Below are positions 52,801 to 64,000 of a stretch of DNA of 64,000 nt, one piece after another. Both the position numbers and the translations under genes were made by a program. Within the stretch, counting starts at the first letter, position 1, and each line of letters starts with the position of its first letter. The notes beneath the pieces were generated by a model. It ran no database searches. It saw only the letters and a program-made list of their open reading frames with translations, and was not told the origin of the DNA. Origin of the DNA: Tubiluchus corallicola (taxonomy: Eukaryota > Animalia > Priapulida); contig JAQGDQ010000001.1 in assembly GCA_030141605.1 (NCBI GenBank), forward strand, positions 2,418,001-2,482,000. The letters are read 5' to 3'.

Positions 52801-55800
52801 TGGCTCATAAATCAAGCACTTAATGATGCTTGTTCCTGATAATTTTCAACTAAAACCTAAACAGACTTAGCGTTTTTTAACATTCACGGTGAACATTCAA
52901 ATTTGAAACATAGGTTTACTTTTTTGCCCACATGCATTTGCCTATGGTTGCTCCCCTGCATCATTTTTCCTCTTTCTTTTCTTTCTATGTTTGTTTCTTA
53001 GAAAAACTTCTAGCGTTGGTTGCATAGATTCTTTCTTTTTTCTCTTAAAACTTCTGTGTAACACTGTGAAGCATTGGTAACATAACTCTTCGCTTCTAAC
53101 TTACTTTGCTCTCTATTTGAATACCTTTCACAAAAATTTCAATCCAGCATAAAAAGCTTCATGCAAATGTTTAATACTAACCATCTCTGTTTAGCATGCT
53201 CTTCTGATTAACAATCCTGATAAAAATTTCTAGTGTTGTTTTTCCCAAGCTAAATGCAAATGAGATGAATGCAGCAATGTAACACGAGAGAAACTTGTCA
53301 GAGGAATTCCATTAGACATTGGACATTGCCAGCAATTAGCGAGTGGTCAGCAGTGAATCATTGCAACCCGTATCTCACTGCTTAGTGAGGCAAATTATTA
53401 CAATGATTTCGGTAAATAGGGTTTCTTCATAAAGTGTGAGGGCAGCAAACAAAATGCCTGCACTTAAAGGCCAAAAAAACTCATTTTTAAAATGAAACCT
53501 GGGTCATTAAGTAATAAAAATGTGTCAAGAGATCAGCGTCACCAAAACGAAATGTCGTTAAATGAGGTGCCATTGAGCAAGGACTTTCTGTAATGTAGAA
53601 TATCAGATTCACTTTAAAGATGCATCTAACACAATTTCTTAGTAAATATGTTACCTGTTCCATCCACATTTCTCCAAAAATGATATTGTGCACTACACAG
53701 TTTACGTGTGTTACAGAATATGTTTCTTTGTGTCTGTACAAAAATACCAAAATTTGCGTTAGTTTAGTCCAAAGTGAGTGCTAAAGAAAATACTTTAAAA
53801 ATGAATACTTGGATGCTTGCATAAATGCAAAAATACAAATGATGTTAGGGCTTGTAAATTGTAAAGTTGAAATGCAAGCAGTACAAATGTGACTGTATAT
53901 CAACAGTACTTAATGAAATGAATCTAAACGACTGTGAAAGAGTTTACAGTAACAGTTCAGTCCAATTGATAACTACCTAAACCTCTAAACAATATACTTG
54001 GTAAATTCTGAAATATGTTTCTATTCAGTTAACTATATAATAGGAAACTATCCAGCCTTAGATTATGACTTTTCAACAGAGGCTGTTGAACTGTACACGT
54101 GCATCACTACTTACTCTATAAGCTCAACGGTAGACTGGCCCTCTGGTACAATCTCAATAGATTTCCCCCAAAATTTTAGTTTTGGGTGGACGGAACCAAA
54201 CACTCGCCACCGTCCTGTTGTTGACTCACAGCAGTATGCCGTAACAGGAGGGTGATGGGAGACTTGTTCCATTACTACACGAAAGCCTTTATCAGGTCTA
54301 CAATTAACATGAAAAAAATAGGATATAGACATAAGTAAGTATTGTATAGTACAATCTTAGAAACAACATTGACAGCGTACAAATATGCAAAGTTTTTATT
54401 GCACTGCACACTGTCGTCGTAAAGTTGTGTTTTAATTGATACAAGCACCACAATTAAGTTCAAATAAAAAGTGTGTAATCGTGCAAATACATGCAAAAGC
54501 ATGCAAATCGTATGACCATTATTTGCACATTAACTTGAAATTATCAACAGTCCAAACAACTGGTCTTTAACACTGTGAAGATACACAGCATTATGCTTTA
54601 AATAGCGATGTAACAAAAAGGGATTGAGCACCATATTAATTTTAAAGCGGTATTGAAATTTTTGTGTGATAGCATTATAACTTGAAAAAAGATAATTTTA
54701 GAATTTAGTTACCTGTCCAGTTCAAAAGTCTCTCCTAACAGTGGATTGAAAGGTTTGGCAATTCGTTCTGCATTGGATGCTACACTGGAAACTGCGTAAG
54801 CAGTTACATACTACAGAAAACAAGTCAGTCATCAAACTTAATCTCTTATTAACAATTATTATTACTGTCTTATTTTTAAAAAACTTCTGTCATTTCTGAT
54901 TACTGTAAAGCTTGCCTAGAATGCTAAAATCAAAGTCATATTTAAATAAATACGTCAACAAAATAAAATGCATTTCAGTGCTAAAAAACGTACAGATCAA
55001 TAGTCTGACTCAGGCAGGTACGTTTCTTTTGGTAATGTACATTTATAAAAGTTTTTTTATCCGTACATTACATACAGTTACAACTTACAATGCATCAATA
55101 TTTTATTTTTATAAGTGAAAACATTCCAAATTAAGAAAGCACTTAACTAAAAACACGAAAAAGCAGAATTTCAACAAACTGAAAGCAGCAAGATAAGTGA
55201 AACCTCATTGCATAGTATTACCTGGATGCGTAATAAATGATCATCAAGATCGCAGGCATTATCGAGTAAATATATGTATTCCATTCCTTCAGCTAGCCGC
55301 TGTAGAAAGCTGAGTGGTTCATTAAAAATGACTGGCATTGTTATCTTAGACAATTCCTAAATAATAATTCAATTATGACTTTATTAATTCCAATTACAAT
55401 TTGTATTTGGGAATTTTTTCACTATAAGGACATAAAATTAATAATGCAATTCCCAACACATTTATAATACATTTACGGCGACTTCACAATTTGAAGAGCC
55501 TTTATATAACTATTACAGGCAGATGTATGTAAAAGCAAATGAATATGGACATTCTCTTTATTGGGATTTCTTAGGAAATTTTAGTGCTTATTTTCAGAGA
55601 TTAGTAACCACAAAACTGACACAAGTAGAAAACATGGAAATTAGTACACATTTTTTTAACCTGCCACTGCCATAGTAGTTTCAAATTACTGCAGCGGTGG
55701 CAGGCTAATTGGATGTGGTAATTAGTACCATCATCACTTGTTTACTACCTGGTAAATTGAATGCTATCACGCACACAAAAAATTTCTAAAATAAGACAAA

Positions 55801-58800
55801 AAATCTTATAAAAATTTTATAATAAACAGGTAACAGAAAATTAAACATTCTAAATTATAATAATTGTTCTAACATTTCTAATAAATGCAGAAAATACTAA
55901 GGTTCTGAGTTGATTAACTAATTATTAATATACTTAATTAATGTGTGTTAATAGTGAATTATACTACATGTACCTTGCCTATGCAGTGCTTTAAAAATGT
56001 CCACACACTAAAATTATTTCGTGAGACAGCTGGGGTAGGAAGCTGCACCCTGTAATGATAAAAAATAGGCATTACTAAAATTCTTATCCTTCTAACCATG
56101 TGCGCTAAAAATAATCAATGTTATAAAATTGATATGTCACTCACCTTATCACATTCAAACTGTAGCACTTATAAGCACAAGGAAATCTTTGAAAAAAACG
56201 CATATTAATAAATTCAGTTTAAAATTAAAAACACTCAAAGTAGTTCAATAGCGTAATGAAGGAAAGAATGTTGCTACATGAAACTGTCATCAGTGGAACT
56301 CAAACTTCTACTTGGCCAACTTATTCAGTTACTGGGGAGCATTCACGAGATTAACTAAATGTACGAAAAGGATGGTAAATGCTAATGGCCATCCTTATGA
56401 AACCATACAGTAAAGCACAGTATCCTTATGATAAAACAGTATACAGTAAAGCAAATGTAAACTGCATAATGTATAGCTGTTACTGAGTACTTACTACAAA
56501 AGATTACACTTGTACATGCATATGGAGCAATAAATATTTTGCAATATCAATTAAAAGCAATATCACGGTGGAGTTCTTTTTTGATATCGAAAAAATTAAC
56601 TTTTGATGATTTATAAGCTGTCAGTATTGCCCAGGTGATCATATGAGGATTTTATGATTTATGATTGTGAGTTTCACTAACACAATTGACAAATTTGTCA
56701 AGTAATACAACTTCTGTGGCAAGTCATTGATACTCAATTATCATTCATGAAATTACAAGTGAAATAAAAAGTGAACATGTGCATAAGTACATGCCAAACA
56801 ATTTACATTAGAGCAATTTTAAGATTCATTATGATAAATAAAATTATCGTACTCATAAGTACCAATATGGCCTCATGCAAACTATATGTTAGAAAATTTC
56901 TATAACTACTATTTCTATTTATATTTCTACACACCTTCCACCCCATTTGTTTACAGCTTTTTGTTCCTCGGCAGACATGTCTCCAGATGCCGGGGTCACT
57001 GGCTTTTGACTACCTACTGCCATCCCGTTGGCCTCCTCCGTACCCAGGTAGCCATCCGCAGAAGACGCTGTAACACAAAGAAAAACTTAAAGAGCCAAAT
57101 TTTATTATGGTTCATCGTTTGTACAGGAAGGCAAATTGTGATTAACAGACAGACATATGCAATGAGTTGAGTACACACTTCTTAATTATTTGAAACAAAA
57201 CTTCTGACCAACTGTCAAAACTTTGCTGTTTGACTAGTTTCAGTAGGGAAATCTTAGGGAAATTTAGTTAAATTAAATTAATTAAGTAAAAATGTGGGTT
57301 TTAGATTATCTTTGTTGGTAGTTAAATTCTGATTTGATTCTGAATACATGAGTCCAAGCATGTTTGATTTCTGTAAGTTTGAGATACCCCTATAGACAGG
57401 CTGCATAAGATTATGGATATCCATAAAATAAGACCAAAAATCCATAAAATAAAATTTGAAAAATTCATAAAATAAGAAATGCATAAAATAAAAAAATATT
57501 TTTTTGTGATTTTTTGTACAAAGTAACGAGTTGTAAGCATTGGCAACACTGAAAACGAACGTTAGAAGGAGAGAAAGAGAAAGAAAACAAACCAACAAAA
57601 GCGCATTTCCGGATTTGCTATTTTACATTGTTTTTTTTTCTCATTGTCTTTTTGTTATCAAGATGGCGAAGTTTCAACCAAAGCATGAGCTGGAGTTCGG
57701 TCTGAAACTAAGTCCTGCGTGTTTAAAAACACGTTTCAAGCACTCCTGTTTTTACTTTTTAATTGATTTCCCCCGGGCATCTCGTTCCAGATATAGTCTA
57801 TTTCTTATTTTATTGATATCCATAAAATAAAATTTCAAAAATCCATAAAATAAGCTATTTTATTTATTTTATACATATCCATAATCTTATGCACCCTGCC
57901 TATAGATCAAGCTACGTTATTACACAGGTCACCACAAGAAGTGCAGATTTTTTCAGCTAATGCGGTAACATAATAGTTTGATGTGAACTGCAGTATGAAT
58001 CACGTCACTGTATCAAAATATGCATTTATTGGTTACTGACACTTATGAACTGCAAAATGTAAGCTTAAGATTAAATTAATTATTACTCGGAGTTCTTGCT
58101 GTAAATACAAATGTTAAAAGGTCTCTCAGTAAAGAAACAGCTTAGTACATGTGTACTTTAGCGGCACTTAACCGATGAAATTACTTCACAGTGACAGAGC
58201 AAAAATGCATAAAAAAAGAAGAAATTTTGGATTCTTCGCAACTTTCGCATATATTCAATGTAACTTAATTATTATAATATAGATCATAGACTATATGTTG
58301 TGAATGAGACAGCATCACAGCAAATAAGGTGCTACTGTAGTAGTAACACTTACAGGGCCTACTTTGTCTCATTTAAAACAGATAATACCAGGAAGATGTA
58401 TACCAAGAGTTGCACTTAAGTTGATGAGTTTTAAATATAGTATGATCATACTTGTGGCTACAAGATATCCAGTAAAGTAAGGACAGTATAGTATGTGTAA
58501 TATATTCCAACATTTAAATTAATTAACTCATTAGTATAAAGTCAGAAGAGCTGTACTCTTGTGTTATGCCTTTTAGCCCTTTAAAATGTGTTGCAGAACA
58601 TATTGCCAGTTGCACATAAATTTAGCATGGAAAATCAACAAGTGACTGAAATACAGTACTGAGTGAATTTCAGCCATGTATGCAGGTATTTACAGGTTTA
58701 CACAAAATGCTTCCTAATTAAGTTTCAAAACACAAAGAAAAGGTTCAGCAACCAAAGCAAAAAATTGTTTGTTGTTTGAATATAACTTATGCTATAATTA

Positions 58801-59229
58801 TAATGCAATATTCATTAGTTACTTTAGGGATTAAAGATGACTCAACTAAAATTAGGTGACTATTACTTTAGACTCAAAATAAACTAGTGAAGTAATGATT
58901 AAAGCAACAAACAAGTGACTGCTTTTAAACTGAATTATTTTCTGGGAATAATAGTCCAAAGGTTTTTCAAAAGACACGAGAAAGAAAAAAATACTTGATA
59001 CAATTGCATGAGTAAAATTAGAAAAGAATACGATTACATATCACATACAACTACATACAATGTACATTTACAAATTATGTATATCATGTACAAGTACAAG
59101 TAATACGTTCATACAAATTTATAAAAATAAAATGGATGTGAATTAAAAATGATCAACAAATCACTGACATGTGCTAGCCACAGCCTTTTCTTTACCATCC
59201 TTGGCTTTCTTTGACTTTTTTCTAACCAT
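46819..59229 (-). CDS. OSBPL2: Oxysterol-binding protein-related protein, ORP1/ORP2 subfamily (OSBPL2/OSBPL1A-like), 13 exons
   Basis: Exons 59169-59229, 56935-57067, 55974-56049 ([13 protein letters not shown]), 55222-55356 ([20 protein letters not shown]), 54713-54810 ([13 protein letters not shown]), 54115-54297 (EQVSHHPP fingerprint), 53655-53733, 52054-52172, 51078-51186 (LYGKW), 50499-50621, 50176-50299 ([10 protein letters not shown]), 49565-49655 (LEEKQR) and 46819-46924 (..DCPDIFC*). Further upstream exons are possible. Confidence 0.9.
48251..49227. mobile_element. Tigger-type non-autonomous element of about 1 kb, copy A
   Basis: TIR CAG(C/T)AAGTCCT(T/C)GCTT; colinear similarity with 52567-53590; internal 43-bp tandem duplication. 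Confidence 0.8.
51206..51312. repeat. 53-bp tandem duplication
   Basis: AAAGTC(T/C)CAGTAATATAATCAATTTTGCTTA..AAATCTAGTTATG occurs twice. Confidence 0.9.
51318..51468 (+). pseudogene. Inverted, partly deleted copy of ORP exon 50176-50299 with flanking intron
   Basis: Reads [26 protein letters not shown]|GTATG plus about 60 nt of intron; it is the reverse complement of about 50110-50305 with two deletions. Confidence 0.92.
52567..53590. mobile_element. Tigger-type non-autonomous element of about 1 kb, copy B
   Basis: CAGTAAGTCCTT...AGCAAGGACTTTCTG|TA; same orientation as copy A. Confidence 0.8.
57397..57898. mobile_element. Young hAT MITE
   Basis: 24-bp TIR CAGG(C/G)TGCATAAGATTATGGATAT, perfect 8-bp TSD CCTATAGA and TCCATAAAATAA subterminal repeats. 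Confidence 0.95.
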
Positions 59230-61504
59230 TGCCACTAAACCTTTAATATAATGTCAGACTACTGAACAAGTCACACTCCAATACGGACACACCATGCTAT
59301 AATGATGCTATATTAACTTAGTAATCAAGAGTATATTTAGTTAAACTATTCAGGAGGAGTAAAGGTCGCCCGTGTGACTTAAAGTACAGTGAAAACATTT
59401 AGGGTAAACGATGAGTAAGTGTTGTTGACATTGTCATTATCCATAAATCATTATAACTCTCCTACAAAATACGAGTTGTAATTAAAGTCATGACCGCTGC
59501 TAGATAGTATTTTACAAACATTATAAGCTATGCATTAATATAATCTATGTGTCGCATAATGTACTGCTTATTGGTAACATACACAGAATTCAGTGTACAC
59601 CATCACGATATTTAATTTTAAAGCGAGAGTCATCAACAGTGAACATTCTGTAATTATTAACTTACCAAACAGTAAGCGTACATTCTCATAAAAGGATGTA
59701 AAACAACGCTTCAAGTATTGTAACAACACGCCCGTTTGTTAGCCACTGCTAAACTGTAGGTCAGTTAAATCCAATCTCAAATGCGTTTTAACAGCTCAGT
59801 GATGCGTAAATACCAAATACTAGCACAATACCAAAAATATTTCAACTTAACTTCAGTAATAATCTTAGTAATCCCCACAATTAATGCAACTGCTAAGTTT
59901 ATATTCCACACAAAATTCTATTTTAATTTACAAGTACACCATAAAAAATCTTAGTCGATTTGACTGTACAAGCGAGAGGACTGGAAGGCCTTGAAAAAGA
60001 GCAACACGAGCAATACTAGTAATAAAGAGGACCCAAGGAGCAGGCAGCGAATGTTGCCAGATCAGGTTACTGTGCGTACGGATTTTCCTTAATGTAATAT
60101 CCATACTGTACGCTGTACTGGATGGTTTCCCCAAAAATAAATGAAAAGTTTGTTAATGTACGTACGTGAATTTTACAATGCCAGATTACGGGAGATTTAA
60201 CCTGAATTTTGTAAGAACGCTAGATTATTACGTCATATCATCAATTATACGCCAGTTATGTCTATTGCAAACATTAAGCAGAAAGAATTCTAAAATTAAA
60301 GAAATCGACCCTTAAGACAGGTAAACACAGCAGTTTTATTTAAGGAGTTTTATTAAAATAATTATAAATTCTAGTTGATCCATTATCCAGCAAAGTAGAC
60401 ACTGCTACGTGAGTGGCTCGTCCAGTCCACTTGGTTCAGATTATAATTTCGCATATATAAATATGTACCCCAAATTTTTTTAAAGAAAGTTTTATATCAT
60501 TTGGCTTCTCCAAAAGCACGAATAGTGGCACACTGAAGCTGCGCACGTCATCAAATTGATAATTAACTCAACTCCATTATTTTTTTTAAAAAAATATAAC
60601 GAAAAATAAAGTTCTTATACAATTGTAATAGGCCTATGCCAGCAGCCAATAGATGATTGTAATTATAATTTACTGTAAATAGTCCCTACTGTCACCAGTT
60701 TTGTACTGTTCTGCAAAATATCTCAATGTTATTTTAGGCTAGGTTCTTACAGTCAAGCCTAAAAACATTTCTCCGAACATAACATTTATTGCTGAAACAA
60801 TGTAGACTTTAGCGCATAATTATATAAGAAATAATACAAGAAACACGTTTTTCGTTGTTGAGGCACGCACCGAAGTTTTATTTTGGACATCAGAATATTA
60901 TTGAAAAGTGTTCATAAGCTCCGTTTTCAGTTCTCTCATGACCTTGCACAAGTTTATAATTTCGCATGCATGTATGTAGGGGTCTTCTCGCCTTAGGATC
61001 AGGGTTCGGAATGCTAATTGAGTTACTGGTCGGGATTTTTCTACGTTAGAGATCAAGTGGTCAGGATCGAAGTTCGAGTCGGGGCGAAATGTTCGGGATC
61101 GGGTTCCCTACTCCGAACGATAAGTGTGTCAGTAAAACGGAGATAAGAAAATTACAACGAAATTCCGCAATTTTAGCTCCACCGGTTAATACTGATAACT
61201 GTGACATGATTCACCCGCCCGTACGTTCCAGCTATGCTCAGTTCTGAAAGTTTCACATTTCCTTTCAGACAGTATGGCTTCATAAATTCAATACATGTAA
61301 TTGTAGGTTAGTGCCACTAATTAGTAGTTTGAACTAGTAATCTCGAAACTAGGATTATATAAATTATTTACACGCGTTTGCTTAATACGGTTTTATTTAA
61401 TCAGCTTTAATTATAGGTGTCTACAGAAACCTGGACGAAAAAAGCGTCTAAACACTGAACTACTTCACCCACACACAGTGCCTGGCTATAAATGCATTAC
61501 TAAA

Positions 61505-62320
61505 GAGCCGTTTAGACGATCAGTTTTTTCGTCAAACTAGTTTATTAGTTTTAGATTAATCGTGTAAACACCGAAACTGACAAACATCAAAGAAAAACTG
61601 CAACAGGCAATAGTGTCGCTTGCTCGTGACATCATACCAACTGTTCATTTTTGCGCGGGCGGAAGGAACTACTGTAAAACGTAAATTGGTTCCAGGGTTA
61701 TTATAATGGGATTGACCTTAAATGCGCAATTTTCACGGACGTTAACGTACACGTGTCCTAGAAATTGTTCTCATTGTATGTATAACATTTTTCGACAGTA
61801 CTGTAGGTGTACAGCGTGGGTTTTTTTAAATTTGTGCTTAGCTTCGTGTGCCATGACTTCTGTTGAATGGTTGCGAGACTTTATCGTTAAATTCATCGAA
61901 TTGTACGGAGTGAGATAAGTCAATGGAAGATGAAACCTACGGAACAAAACAAGGACAGGCAGTCAAAAATGCAAAGCTACCAGATATTATTGCAATTTGT
62001 CAGCTTTCAACTCTTTGAAAAACTGGTTGTAACTGCCCTTTTTGCCTCTTCGCTGTAACCATTCTTCACCCAAACTTTCCTAACTCTTTCTTTTTTAACT
62101 TTTCTAATCGCACAAGCTAGCACAATAGAAAATAAAGCACGTTTGCGTGTCGGCACCATAATTTGACTGAAAGACTGGCACCCCTCGCTGAATAGTTATT
62201 ACCAGACTTTGAAAGAGAGAAGTTTGATGTCGTCTAAACACGCCAGTTTTTAGACTGACAGTTTTTGTTTGCCAGTTTTAGTTTGACAGTTTTTTTTAAA
62301 ACTGATCGTGTAAACGGCAC
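61505..62320 (+). mobile_element. PIF/Harbinger non-autonomous element with MADF remnant
   Basis: TIR G.GCCGTTTA(G/C)ACGATCAGTTTT. A decayed EWLRDFIVKFIELY..W..KDRQSKMQSYQILL (about 61853-62000) resembles a MADF/Myb-like domain. Confidence 0.8.
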
Positions 62321-62995
62321 ACCACCCTGTGAATGTGATAAAACATTTGTTTACTGTCGGTCATCTAGTAACAATAAGTGTATTAACTATCCCTGTGATG
62401 TTCCCTGCACTAAGCCTGCATAGCTTCACTATGATAAGTAAACGTAACAGTAATCTTTTTGTAGAAGTTAAATAATAGTTAGAAAGAATAATTCTGCATA
62501 GGACATACTGACTAAGAAGTATTATACTTTGGGGTAGTACATACAAGACCAATTTGGACAAACTTCACTGCTTCCAACGCAAATTTATATGCACCATGTA
62601 CAGGCTTCCCAAATTTAATTCAGTCACAAAATCATGCAGCATACTATAGTGATTATAGAATACTAACAATTAATGATCTAATTTCCTGTAACACTAGCAT
62701 TTTTGTTTATTAAACTAACAATGATCTTTTCCTTAAATATTTCAGGAATCCTATAATTAATCCTATAGTTAAATCATATAATACTAGGTATAATAGCTAC
62801 CAACCATATTTTACTGCAGAACCAATAATGCACAGCGTTTCATTAGCTGCAGTGGACTTATACTAAGGAACGTATTACCCATTCAATGTTAAATGCCATA
62901 ATATTTACCACTTCAAATCATCACTTAAACAATATCTGTTTGCTACTCATATAAATTAGTAGGCCATAGTTATATGTTGTATCTGTGTGACTCAC

Positions 62996-63155
62996 CAGTC
63001 ATAACCTTGTGTTCTCTGAGTAGAATCTATAGCATTTCCTGATGTCATTGAGCTGAATCTTTCCAAGCCACTCTTCCTACCTTTCTGAACATTCTTTTGT
63101 CCATCACTTCTTTTTCTGTTTGCACAGCTTTTTCCTCTTAGACTGCCTAATATCC
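62996..63155 (-). other. Possible upstream (5'UTR or short coding) exon of the ORP gene
   Basis: Purine-rich segment ending ATG ACT G|GTGAGT. Phase 1 fits the acceptor at 59240 (GT TTA GTG GCA ATG). The upstream boundary is a guess. Confidence 0.35.
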
Positions 63156-64000
63156 TACAATATTCTTTTTGTTTTCTTTTTTTCAATTATTTGGACATGC
63201 TTACAGTGGTGCAAGTACCTAACAAGTTTTAGTTTTGCTTCTCATATGCTATGCATGCTTCCATATAATAATCATTAAAAACTGTTATTTTTAATGATTC
63301 CACATAAATTGTATAATTTCATTTCTAAATAAATTACTTACTTACCTACTTACTTATTTACTTTTTATTACTATTATCTGTTTAGTGATATTTTCTTTAA
63401 TCGAAATGATACTAGTAGCGGTACTGTAAGACAAAAATAACACAAACTATTTTTCGTGAGTTCTTCCAACATGAATGCAAATACAGCCCATCAAAAGTGT
63501 TATGCTTGCCGAGGGCCAAAAGCACTCTATATATGGTGCGGGAAAATATCACGCATTCACTTTAAACTACTTACAAGACATTTTAGAAAATAGTGCGATA
63601 CAGCTATGGTATTAAGTAAGTAAGTAAGTTAATAAGATCTGAATAAACAATATGTTGCCACAAAATTTAAGCAACGAGTAACTTGATAAAATGCTCATTT
63701 TCCTTCATATGTCTCAAAAACCTGAAGTAAAAGTTGTTTTTCAAATATTATAAACTTTTAAAGTTTGGGGTCGGGATTGGAGTTGGGACCCAATGATAAG
63801 TTCGGGAACTGGGTTCAGGATTTGGAGGAAGTTCGGGATCGAGGTTGAGGCGATACGACCATACGACCCCGATTCCGAACAACCCTACGTATATGTTCAA
63901 GCGTATAGTAAATTATTAACACAGGCCATTTATGAAAATTTTAAAAATTGTTTTGGGTGAAATGGCACCATTATAAATTTACAGCGATGTTTTAATTTGT

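Overview
AT-rich, intron-containing animal (invertebrate-like) nuclear DNA; it is not prokaryotic, and most ORFs in the supplied track are spurious or exon fragments. Five spliced genes were rebuilt by hand from GT-AG junctions with consistent phases. They are: the 3' part of a ZIP8/ZIP14-type metal transporter (+, 2501-7970); MED11 (-, 14926-19762); a KIAA2013/DUF2152 homolog (+, 26170-36428); RPL32 (-, CDS 40076-42053, with a 5'TOP first exon near 43776-43797); and a short ORP1/ORP2-type oxysterol-binding protein (-, 46819-59229). Introns and UTRs are dense in transposon relics: pogo/Tigger, hAT and PIF/Harbinger derivatives, a Helitron, LINE remnants and a Penelope-like relic with a decayed minimal hammerhead. 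The best unexplained signal is a 46-nt motif present twice (43/46 identical, about 2.1 kb apart) downstream of the ZIP stop codon, with a foldable structure in otherwise unrelated flanks; it is a candidate cis-regulatory RNA element. Other leads are an inverted intronic copy of an ORP exon, an open DNA-binding-only Tigger ORF in a MED11 intron, and a hairpin-rich segment plus a uORF in the RPL32 leader. All family assignments come from motif recognition by eye; no searches or folding programs were run.
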